A stretch of 64,000 nt of DNA from positions 12,467 through 76,466 of the forward strand of contig NZ_CAXBGY010000012.1 in the NCBI RefSeq assembly GCF_963975515.1. The letters run 5' to 3'. This document shows, in pieces, positions 56,676 through 64,000 of the stretch. The notes below the pieces were generated by a model. The model saw only the letters and a program-made list of their open reading frames with translations, had not been told where the DNA came from and did no database searches. This DNA is from an uncultured Flavobacterium sp. Lineage in GTDB: Bacteria > Bacteroidota > Bacteroidia > Flavobacteriales > Flavobacteriaceae. Numbering within the stretch: position 1 is the first letter of the stretch; each line of letters opens with the position of its first letter. Made by a program: the position numbers and the translations under genes.

Positions 56676-58799
56676 ATGAACCAAATTCAATTTATAAAAA
56701 CAGTTGTAAACACTGTTGATAAAAACATAGAAGCCACTTTAAAATTACTTTCAGAAGATTGTACAATTCCCTTTATTTCGCGTTACCGAAAAGATACAAC
56801 CGGAAATTTAGATGAGGTTCAAATTGAAAATATTGCCAAACTTTCAAAGCAATATGACGAAATCGTAAAACGAAAAGATTCCATTCTAAAAACAATTGAA
56901 GAACAAGGTCAATTAACTTCAGAACTAAAATCAAAAATCCAAAACAGTTTCGATTTACAAGAAATTGAAGATTTGTATTTGCCTTATAAAAAGAAGAAAA
57001 AAACCAAAGCTGATGTAGCTCGTGAAAACGGATTAGAACCTTTGGCAAAAATCATAATGGCTCAAAACAATGACGAAATTGACTTTGAAGCTTCAAAATA
57101 CATTTCAAAAAATGTTGTAAACGAAGATGAAGCCTTACAAGGTGCAAGAGACATTATTGCCGAATGGATAAACGAAAATGTTTTTGTCAGAAAGAATCTT
57201 CGTCGATTGTTTCAAAGAAAAGCTACTGTAACTACAAAAGTGGTTAAGAAGAAAGCTGAAGAAGAAGATGCTCAAAAATTCAAACAATATTTTGATTGGT
57301 CAGAACCAATTTCAAAAGCACCTTCACATAGATTATTAGCCATGCTTCGTGCTGTAAATGAAGGTTTCATAAAACTAAAAGTTGAGGTTGATAATGATGA
57401 AGCTATAGATTTCATTGAAGAAAACACCTTAAAAGGTAGAAATGAATCTACAGAACAAGTCAAAATTGCTATAAAAGACAGTTACAAACGTCTATTAGAA
57501 CCAGCAATTTCAAACGAAACTCTGCAAGAAGCAAAAACTAAAGCCGATGAAAAAGCCATTGAAGTTTTTGCTGGTAATTTAGGGCAATTATTATTAGCAC
57601 CACCTTTAGGTGAAAAACGAATTTTAGCGATTGATCCAGGTTTTAGAAGTGGTTGTAAAATTGTTTGTTTGGATGAAAAAGGAGATTTGTTATATAACGA
57701 AACCATTTATCCACACGCACCACAAAACGAAAGCGGAATGGCAATGAAGAAAATCCGTTCCATGGTAAACGCTTACAATGTTGAAGCCATTTCTATTGGA
57801 AACGGAACAGCAAGTCGTGAAACCGAATTTTTTATCAAAAAAATTGCTTTTGACAAACCCGTTCAAGTATTTGTAGTTTCAGAAGCTGGAGCATCAGTTT
57901 ATTCAGCATCAAAAATTGCTCGTGAAGAATTTCCAAATTTTGATGTAACCGTTCGTGGTTCAGTTTCTATTGGAAGAAGATTGTCAGATCCTTTAGCTGA
58001 ATTAGTAAAAATCGACGCAAAATCCATTGGAGTTGGTCAATACCAACACGATGTCGACCAAACCAAATTAAAAGAAGAATTAGACAATACTGTTGTTCGA
58101 TGTGTGAATTCTGTTGGAATAAACATCAACACAGCTAGTAAATCTCTATTAAGTTACGTCTCTGGAATTGGAGAAAAAATGGCAGAAAACATTGTAGCTT
58201 ATCGTTCAGAAAACGGTCCTTTTGAAGACCGAAAACAAATCAAAAAAGTACCAAGATTAGGAGAAAAAGCTTATCAACAAGCCGCAGCATTTATCAGAAT
58301 AAAAGACGGAAAAAACCCTTTAGACAATTCAGCGGTTCATCCAGAAGCTTATAAAATTGTGGAAAAAATGGCAAAAGATTTGAAAATTTCGGTTGAAGAT
58401 TTAATCGGAAATAAAGAAAAAATAAGCCAAATAAAATTAGAGAACTACATCACTGCTGAAATAGGAATTTTAGGATTAAAAGACATCGTAAAAGAACTAG
58501 AAAAACCAGGATTAGATCCAAGAAAATCAGCCAAAGTATTCGAATTTGATCCAAACGTAAAAACCATAAAAGACTTAAGAACTGGAATGATTTTACCAGG
58601 AATTGTTAATAACATAACAGCTTTCGGTTGTTTCGTAGATGTTGGAATCAAAGAAAGTGGTTTGGTTCACATTTCGCAACTAAAAGAAGGCTTTGTTTCT
58701 GATGTAAATGAAGTAGTAAAACTACACCAACACGTTCAAATAAAAGTCGTTGAGGTTGATGAAGCTAGGAAAAGGATTCAATTGACGATGATTTTGTAA
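56676..58799 (+). CDS. tex: Tex-family RNA-binding transcription accessory protein
   Basis: TIPFISRYRKDTTG, IDPGFRSGCK, SEAGASVYSAS, IGVGQYQHDV and C-terminal S1. Confidence 0.95.
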   Translation: MNQIQFIKTVVNTVDKNIEATLKLLSEDCTIPFISRYRKDTTGNLDEVQIENIAKLSKQYDEIVKRKDSILKTIEEQGQLTSELKSKIQNSFDLQEIEDLYLPYKKKKKTKADVARENGLEPLAKIIMAQNNDEIDFEASKYISKNVVNEDEALQGARDIIAEWINENVFVRKNLRRLFQRKATVTTKVVKKKAEEEDAQKFKQYFDWSEPISKAPSHRLLAMLRAVNEGFIKLKVEVDNDEAIDFIEENTLKGRNESTEQVKIAIKDSYKRLLEPAISNETLQEAKTKADEKAIEVFAGNLGQLLLAPPLGEKRILAIDPGFRSGCKIVCLDEKGDLLYNETIYPHAPQNESGMAMKKIRSMVNAYNVEAISIGNGTASRETEFFIKKIAFDKPVQVFVVSEAGASVYSASKIAREEFPNFDVTVRGSVSIGRRLSDPLAELVKIDAKSIGVGQYQHDVDQTKLKEELDNTVVRCVNSVGININTASKSLLSYVSGIGEKMAENIVAYRSENGPFEDRKQIKKVPRLGEKAYQQAAAFIRIKDGKNPLDNSAVHPEAYKIVEKMAKDLKISVEDLIGNKEKISQIKLENYITAEIGILGLKDIVKELEKPGLDPRKSAKVFEFDPNVKTIKDLRTGMILPGIVNNITAFGCFVDVGIKESGLVHISQLKEGFVSDVNEVVKLHQHVQIKVVEVDEARKRIQLTMIL

Positions 58800-58806
58800 A
58801 ACACAA

Positions 58807-58850
58807 AAAATCCCAAACTCCAACTTATAAAAATTGGAATTTGGGATTTT
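58807..58850. terminator. Bidirectional terminator between tex and tatA
   Basis: AAAATCCCAAACTCCAA...TTGGAATTTGGGATTTT. Confidence 0.8.
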
Positions 58851-58873
58851 ATTTTTTTAAATTTTAAAAAAGC

Positions 58874-59077
58874 TTACTCTTTTGTAGTAGTTTCGTCTTT
58901 TTTAGAATCTTTATTTTCTTCTTCTTTCATAGCGTTCTTAAATTCTTTAACGCCACCACCAAGACCTTTCATTAATTCAGGAATTTTTTTACCACCAAAA
59001 AGTAATAATATGATAACCACAACTAAGATTATTTGTGGAGCACCAATTACACCTAAAAATATAGATAATGTATTCAT
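58874..59077 (-). CDS. tatA: Twin-arginine translocase TatA/TatE subunit
   Basis: [37 protein letters not shown]. Confidence 0.95.
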   Translation of the reverse strand: MNTLSIFLGVIGAPQIILVVVIILLLFGGKKIPELMKGLGGGVKEFKNAMKEEENKDSKKDETTTKE

Positions 59078-59097
59078 TTTTTTAAGATTTAATACTG

Positions 59098-59105
59098 CAA
59101 AGATA
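59098..59105 (-). promoter_or_regulatory. -7 promoter element for tatA
   Basis: TATCTTTG on the minus strand, 20 nt before the ATG. Confidence 0.7.
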
Positions 59106-59179
59106 AAAAGAAAATAACAAATGCTACTTTTTTAACGAATAATTATCCATAAGCTAATCTCTTAACAAAGCATAATTCT

Positions 59180-59187
59180 TATATTTG
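59180..59187 (+). promoter_or_regulatory. -7 promoter element for the M23 gene
   Basis: TATATTTG, 19 nt before the ATG. Confidence 0.7.
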
Positions 59188-59206
59188 TAAAACAAACGGT
59201 TAAAAA

Positions 59207-60076
59207 ATGTCCAAAAAAAGAATCAAAAGACAACTATTAAAAAATAAATTATTCAACAAACGAAGACTTGTAATTCTTAACGAAGACACGTTTGAAGAAA
59301 CATTTTCATTAAAATTAAACTTAATGAATGTCTTTGTTGGAGCAACACTTTCAGCTATATTTTTAATTTCAATAACTACATACATAATTGCGTTTACACC
59401 ACTTCGCGAATATATTCCAGGATATGCATCTACCAAATTAAAACAAGACGCAATTGTTCTAGCCATCAAATCAGATTCTCTTCAAAACAATGTAGAATTA
59501 AATAACAAATACATTGCTTCTATAAAAAAAGTACTAATTGGAGAATTAGAATATGCCAAATTAAATAAAGATTCTCTTCAAAATAACAACATCGTTAAAC
59601 CAGAAGATTTTGATGTAAAAACCACCAAAGAGGAACAAGAATTAAGAGATCAAGTAGCAATTGAAGACAAATACAATGTGTTTGATAACGCAAAAGCAAA
59701 AGTCAATTTTGTATTATTTCCACCAACAAACGGAAAAATCATTAAAAAATACAATCCAGTTGCTAAAAACTATGGAATCGAAATTGCCGTAGCAAAAGAC
59801 ACACCCATTAAAGCGGTTGCATCAGGAACAATTTTGTTTGCTGATTGGACACCAAATTATGGCTATGTTGTGATTATTAAACACAAAGACGAACTGATAT
59901 CAGTATATAAAAATATAGCATTTTTAACAAAATCCGTACGAGATAATGTTCGTTCTGGAGAAGTTATTGGTCAAGCCGGAAGCACCGAATTTCAAAACAA
60001 CAGCAACAATTTCTATTTTGAACTTTGGAAAGAAGGTTTTCCTATAAATCCAACGCAATTTATTAATTTTCAGTAA
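59207..60076 (+). CDS. M23-family peptidase-like protein, possibly catalytically inactive
   Basis: N-terminal TM and coiled coil; C-terminal M23 fold (PIKAVASG, GYVVIIKH, VRSGEVIG, PINP). The expected HxxxD and HxH zinc ligands read NYGIE and NFY. Confidence 0.8.
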   Translation: MSKKRIKRQLLKNKLFNKRRLVILNEDTFEETFSLKLNLMNVFVGATLSAIFLISITTYIIAFTPLREYIPGYASTKLKQDAIVLAIKSDSLQNNVELNNKYIASIKKVLIGELEYAKLNKDSLQNNNIVKPEDFDVKTTKEEQELRDQVAIEDKYNVFDNAKAKVNFVLFPPTNGKIIKKYNPVAKNYGIEIAVAKDTPIKAVASGTILFADWTPNYGYVVIIKHKDELISVYKNIAFLTKSVRDNVRSGEVIGQAGSTEFQNNSNNFYFELWKEGFPINPTQFINFQ

Positions 60077-60082
60077 TGTTTT

Positions 60083-60228
60083 TAGGAGCTATTTCCAGCC
60101 ATCCATTACAAGTTTTTTGCAAAAAACATGTTTTTGTAAGTTATAAAAAGAGCTTCCTTTGGTCGCTTTTTTACAACCACAAAAACTACATTTTTTCACA
60201 AAAAAGCTATTCATTCATGTCTGGGCTA
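60083..60228. ncRNA. Structured intergenic element, possibly a Flavo-1-type RNA motif (probably read on the minus strand)
   Basis: Ends pair (CCAGCCAT with ATGTCTGG, AGC with GCT); internal hairpins GTTTTTTGCAAAAAAC and AAAAAGAGC...GCTTTTTT. The family name is recalled, not searched. Confidence 0.4.
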
Positions 60229-60239
60229 ATTCACAAACT

Positions 60240-61727
60240 ATGAGTATAAAAAGTTTCGCAGCAAAAATATTTGCCAAAAGCATACATTCAAAAACTCAAA
60301 AATGGGCTTCAAATCCAGTTGAAACCCAGCAAAAAGTTTTTTTAGACTTAATTCAACAAGCTTCCGAAACCGAATTCGGAAAAGACCATAATTTTTCACA
60401 AATAAAATCACATCAAGACTTTGTAAAGAAAGTTCCAGTAAGAGATTATGAAGGTTTAAAAACCTATGTTGATAAAGTTGTAAAAGGTGAAACAGACATT
60501 CTTTGGAAAGGAAAACCTTTATATTTTGCCAAAACATCAGGAACAACTTCTGGGGCCAAATATATTCCATTGACAAAAGAATCAATGCCCTTTCATATTC
60601 AAGCGGCTCGAAATGCTATTTTAAGCTACATTCACGAAACAGGTAAAGCCGATTTTGTTGACGGAAAAATGATTTTCTTACAAGGAAGTCCAACTTTAGA
60701 AGACAAAAACGGAGTCATGTTAGGTCGTTTATCCGGAATTGTAGCTCATTTTGTACCCGCTTATCTACAAAAAAACAGAATGCCAAGTTGGGAAACCAAT
60801 TGCATAGAAGATTGGGAAACTAAAGTCAACGCAATTGTAGAAGAAACCATAAACGAAGACATGGCAGTCATTTCCGGAATTCCATCTTGGGTACAAATGT
60901 ATTTTGAAAAACTAAAAGAAAAAGCGAATAAACCGGTTGGAGAAATATTTAAAAACTTCAATTTATTCATTTATGGAGGCGTAAATTACGAACCATATAG
61001 AGCCAAATTCGAAAATTTAATCGGTCGAAAAGTCGATTCAATTGAATTATTTCCCGCTTCAGAAGGCTTTTTTGCTTATCAAGATTCCCAAACAGAAAAA
61101 GGAATGCTTTTGTTATTAAATTCAGGTATTTTCTATGAATTTATAAAAGCCAACGAATTTCATAACGAAAACGCAAAAAGACATACAATAGGAGAAGTCG
61201 AATTAGGTATAAACTACGTTCTAATCATTTCCACAAATGCTGGACTTTGGGCTTACAATATTGGTGACACAGTTCAATTTACAAATTTAAAACCTTATAG
61301 AATAATAGTTTCTGGAAGAATAAAACATTTTATTTCAGCTTTTGGAGAACACGTAATTGCAAAAGAAGTTGAAAGTGCTTTGCAAGAAGCCACAGAAAAC
61401 ACAGAAGTTCGTGTAAACGAATTCACGGTTGCGCCACAAATAAATCCAAATTCAGGTTTACCTTATCACGAATGGTTTATAGAATTTCAAAACGAACCCA
61501 ATAATTTAGAAGAATTTGCGTTAAAAATCGATAACGCTATGCGAAAACAAAACGTTTATTATGACGATTTAATTGTAGGCAAAGTTTTGAGAACATTAGT
61601 CGTTTCTAAAGTACCAAAAAATGGTTTTCAAGACTATATGAAATCGATTGGAAAATTGGGAGGACAAAACAAACTACCAAGATTAAGTGATAATAGAACA
61701 ATTGCAGATAAGTTAGGAAGAGAATAG
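60240..61727 (+). CDS. GH3 auxin-responsive-promoter family protein (adenylating ligase fold)
   Basis: FAKTSGTTSGAKYIP, YPASEG-like FPASEGF, YNIGDTV and GGQNKLPRL; ATG 60240 preferred to 60159. Confidence 0.9.
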   Translation: MSIKSFAAKIFAKSIHSKTQKWASNPVETQQKVFLDLIQQASETEFGKDHNFSQIKSHQDFVKKVPVRDYEGLKTYVDKVVKGETDILWKGKPLYFAKTSGTTSGAKYIPLTKESMPFHIQAARNAILSYIHETGKADFVDGKMIFLQGSPTLEDKNGVMLGRLSGIVAHFVPAYLQKNRMPSWETNCIEDWETKVNAIVEETINEDMAVISGIPSWVQMYFEKLKEKANKPVGEIFKNFNLFIYGGVNYEPYRAKFENLIGRKVDSIELFPASEGFFAYQDSQTEKGMLLLLNSGIFYEFIKANEFHNENAKRHTIGEVELGINYVLIISTNAGLWAYNIGDTVQFTNLKPYRIIVSGRIKHFISAFGEHVIAKEVESALQEATENTEVRVNEFTVAPQINPNSGLPYHEWFIEFQNEPNNLEEFALKIDNAMRKQNVYYDDLIVGKVLRTLVVSKVPKNGFQDYMKSIGKLGGQNKLPRLSDNRTIADKLGRE

Positions 61728-61734
61728 AAAAAAG

Positions 61735-62607
61735 ATGAAAGAAAAAAGATTATTATTTTTACTATTACTAACAACACTTCCCCTCTCAGCACAAATAAAA
61801 GGAGTTGTTTTGGATAGTATTTCGGGCAAACCTATTGCTTATGCAGCCGTTATATACGAAAATTCAAGAATTGGAGTAAATACAGATGAAAAAGGAAATT
61901 TTATTTTACCTCAAAAAGATTCATTAAACATAATTCATGTTTCTAATTTGGGTTATTTTGATAAAAAAATATCCAAAAATTCAAATTTAATTATAAAACT
62001 TGCTCCAAAAACTTATGAATTAAATGAGGTTGTTGTTATTGGAAAGCTTAACACTCAAGAATTAGTTTTAGGTGAATTAAAAAAAGATGGAACATCATAT
62101 GGAAATGGAGGAACATCTCATATGTGGGGACGTTTTTTTAAATTTGAAAAGGAAAACAAAACATTTCAGTTTATTAAAGAAATTAAATTTATAACAAGAT
62201 CAAGAGTTAAAAATTCAAAAATAAAACTTCGAATATTCACAATTGACTCATTAAAAGAAATTGAAACAAATATTTTAGAAGATGAAATAATAATAACTTG
62301 TAAAAAAGGAAAGCAACTACAAACAATTGACTTAACAAGTTATAAATTAGTTTTTCCAAAAGAAGGCTTAATGATTGCTTTTGAAAGTTTAGTTATAGAA
62401 GAAAATAAGTTTGAATATAAATATACAATGGAAGGAAAAAAAGGCAGGTTTGAAGGAGTTACTTATGAACCTCACATTGTTGGATATTTCGATTCAGAAC
62501 CTAATGTATATTTAATTAAAAATAACAAAGCATCATTATTTAATTTTCAACCAAAAGGTTATAAAACGTATCATAATATAAGTTTACAATTAACCTTAAC
62601 TAATTAA
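61735..62607 (+). CDS. Secreted protein with a carboxypeptidase-regulatory-like N-terminal domain
   Basis: IKGVVLDSISGKPIAYAAV...GVNTDEKGNF...LGY...LNEVVV. Confidence 0.8.
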   Translation: MKEKRLLFLLLLTTLPLSAQIKGVVLDSISGKPIAYAAVIYENSRIGVNTDEKGNFILPQKDSLNIIHVSNLGYFDKKISKNSNLIIKLAPKTYELNEVVVIGKLNTQELVLGELKKDGTSYGNGGTSHMWGRFFKFEKENKTFQFIKEIKFITRSRVKNSKIKLRIFTIDSLKEIETNILEDEIIITCKKGKQLQTIDLTSYKLVFPKEGLMIAFESLVIEENKFEYKYTMEGKKGRFEGVTYEPHIVGYFDSEPNVYLIKNNKASLFNFQPKGYKTYHNISLQLTLTN

Positions 62608-62640
62608 AAAATTCGACAATATTTTCAATTTAAATCACAA

Positions 62641-63516
62641 ATGAAAAAAATCATTCTTTTATTACTAACCACATTTTCCCTTTCAGCACAAGTAAAAGGT
62701 GTTGTTTTAGATAGTATTTCTGGAAAACCAGTTGCTTATGTTGGAGTATTTACTTCAAAACCAGAATTTAATTTTTCTACAGATAAAAAAGGAAAATTTA
62801 AAGCAGAAAACTTAACCAAACAAGATACGTTATGGTTTTTTACAACAGGTTATGAAGAAAAGAAAATTACGGTTGAAAATTTAGATAAAAAAATTCTTTT
62901 AAAACCAAACGCTAATACTCAGGAAACGGAAAATATTGATTTATATAATCAAAAAAAACAATGGATAGATTTTCAAACCAATAATAATTCACATTCAGCT
63001 TCATCATATGCAGCAACATCTTTAAAAGCGTATTTTATAGAGGGAATTAGCAATCAAAAAAATAAATTATTTTTAGATAATTTAAGTCTATCAACATTAA
63101 ATTTTTCTGAAAAATCTAACATTTTTAAAATAAGGTTTTTCAAAACGGATTCACTTAAAAACATAGGAGAGGAATATAATATTGATCCTTTAATAATAAA
63201 TGTAAAATCTTCAGATAGTGATGGAGTGAATAATATCATTAAAAACTTTATACAAACACATGATATAAATATTTTAGATAGAAAAATTGAAATTCCAGAG
63301 AATGGCTTTTTTATTGCAATTGAAGTTATAAACATCAAAAAAAACAGATATACAATGGATCATAATGGTACAAAAGTCATAAGTATTTCTCCTTCTATTA
63401 AAACAACAAAGTTAGAAACCAAAGTTTATCAGTACAATAAAGGTAAATGGAAAGCAACAGATAAAATGAATAATTATCCTGACTTTAAAATATCAATAGC
63501 AACTACACAAAACTAA
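62641..63516 (+). CDS. Paralogous secreted protein with a carboxypeptidase-regulatory-like N-terminal domain
   Basis: VKGVVLDSISGKPVAYVGV...STDKKGKF...TGY. Confidence 0.8.
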   Translation: MKKIILLLLTTFSLSAQVKGVVLDSISGKPVAYVGVFTSKPEFNFSTDKKGKFKAENLTKQDTLWFFTTGYEEKKITVENLDKKILLKPNANTQETENIDLYNQKKQWIDFQTNNNSHSASSYAATSLKAYFIEGISNQKNKLFLDNLSLSTLNFSEKSNIFKIRFFKTDSLKNIGEEYNIDPLIINVKSSDSDGVNNIIKNFIQTHDINILDRKIEIPENGFFIAIEVINIKKNRYTMDHNGTKVISISPSIKTTKLETKVYQYNKGKWKATDKMNNYPDFKISIATTQN

Positions 63517-63522
63517 AAATAG

Positions 63523-63530
63523 TATATTTG
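63523..63530 (+). promoter_or_regulatory. -7 promoter element for the last ORF
   Basis: TATATTTG, 19 nt before ATG 63550. Confidence 0.7.
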
Positions 63531-63549
63531 CAGGTTAGAAAAACAGATT

Positions 63550-64000
63550 ATGAAAGAAATTAAAAACATATCACGTTCAAGAGCACAGGAATCATCTGCT
63601 GCCATTGAGCGTTTATACATAAGTATGCGTCACCTTTTTAACAGAGGTTTTTATAAGCCAATGGGAGTTTCTGGAGAAACTTTGCGTGAAGCATTATTAT
63701 CATTACGTCCAGAAATTTATGGAAGTATTGCAGAAGAAAAAGTAGAATTAAGCGGATTATTATACGTTATTGAAAGACTTCCAGTAGGAATAGAGCAATG
63801 TCGTTTTATTAACTTAACTTCAGATGAAGGGTATTCAAATTCGCATTTTAAAGCCATTGTTCCTCCAAAAAGAAGAAGAAATTGTTACAGAATTGATGAC
63901 GAACAAATGAACGTGGAAATTACACGTGGTCGTTCTGATATTTATGATATTTTAACGCATTTGACATTTATTTTCATCGAATCACACAAAATTAAAGACC
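63550..64000 (+). CDS. Hypothetical protein, 3'-truncated by the window edge and absent from the ORF track; possibly DUF6909-like
   Basis: Open frame MKEIKNISRSRAQESSAAIERLYISMRHLFNRGFYKPMGVSGETLRE... runs to the end of the window; family name is recalled only. Confidence 0.75.
   Translation, partial: MKEIKNISRSRAQESSAAIERLYISMRHLFNRGFYKPMGVSGETLREALLSLRPEIYGSIAEEKVELSGLLYVIERLPVGIEQCRFINLTSDEGYSNSHFKAIVPPKRRRNCYRIDDEQMNVEITRGRSDIYDILTHLTFIFIESHKIKD

Noticed and set aside
290-60239. Upstream start codons given by the track at 290, 9851, 13377 and 60159
   Set aside because: The extensions run through promoter, box or structured-element DNA; downstream ATGs (353, 9890, 13338, 60240) give typical N-termini
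931-63338. Short antisense or out-of-frame ORFs in the track (for example 931-1140, 4537-4734, 5067-5273, 7313-7675, 8269-8547, 10336-10626, 16838-17092, 17755-19516, 32279-32518, 44939-45205, 57272-58651, 60238-60970, 63054-63338)
   Set aside because: All overlap longer, well-supported genes, have no recognisable motifs, and show the composition expected of shadow frames
1-64000. Locating oriC from strand bias by eye
   Set aside because: Third-position bias gave conflicting signals (holB, mnmG, gltX and tex disagree); a computed whole-genome skew is needed

Overview
AT-rich chromosomal window from a Flavobacterium-like member of the Bacteroidota (TAnnTTTG promoters, T9SS genes). It is mostly core genome (rnpA, S41 protease, mltD, pgk, holB, mnmG, ybeY, gltX, glnS, folB, tRNA-Cys, rnr, rpiB, tex, tatA) around a gliding-motility sprC-sprD-sprB-sprF-like operon (25961-44529). 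No transposase, integrase, phage gene or CRISPR array was seen. Notable items: (1) the 14-kb sprB-like gene holds two separate in-frame tandem duplications (periods 1719 and 1788 nt). I found no mismatch by eye in either pair, and each unit spans seven SprB modules. (2) A second protein carries the SprB N-terminal domain fused to a SPOR-like domain and has no T9SS signal. (3) Three canonical parS palindromes surround mnmG, which implies origin proximity. (4) A DnaA-box-like 9-mer (TTATYAACA) recurs in intergenic regions, often at an exact 21-bp period, including upstream of both SprB-related loci and in a 727-bp oriC candidate. (5) A 350-aa hypothetical protein has atypical-kinase motifs. (6) Small repeat families are present: REP-like palindromes, inverted 7-8-mer arrays (one pair brackets an orphan gene) and a structured Flavo-1-like element. 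All family assignments are from motif recognition only; no database searches were run.
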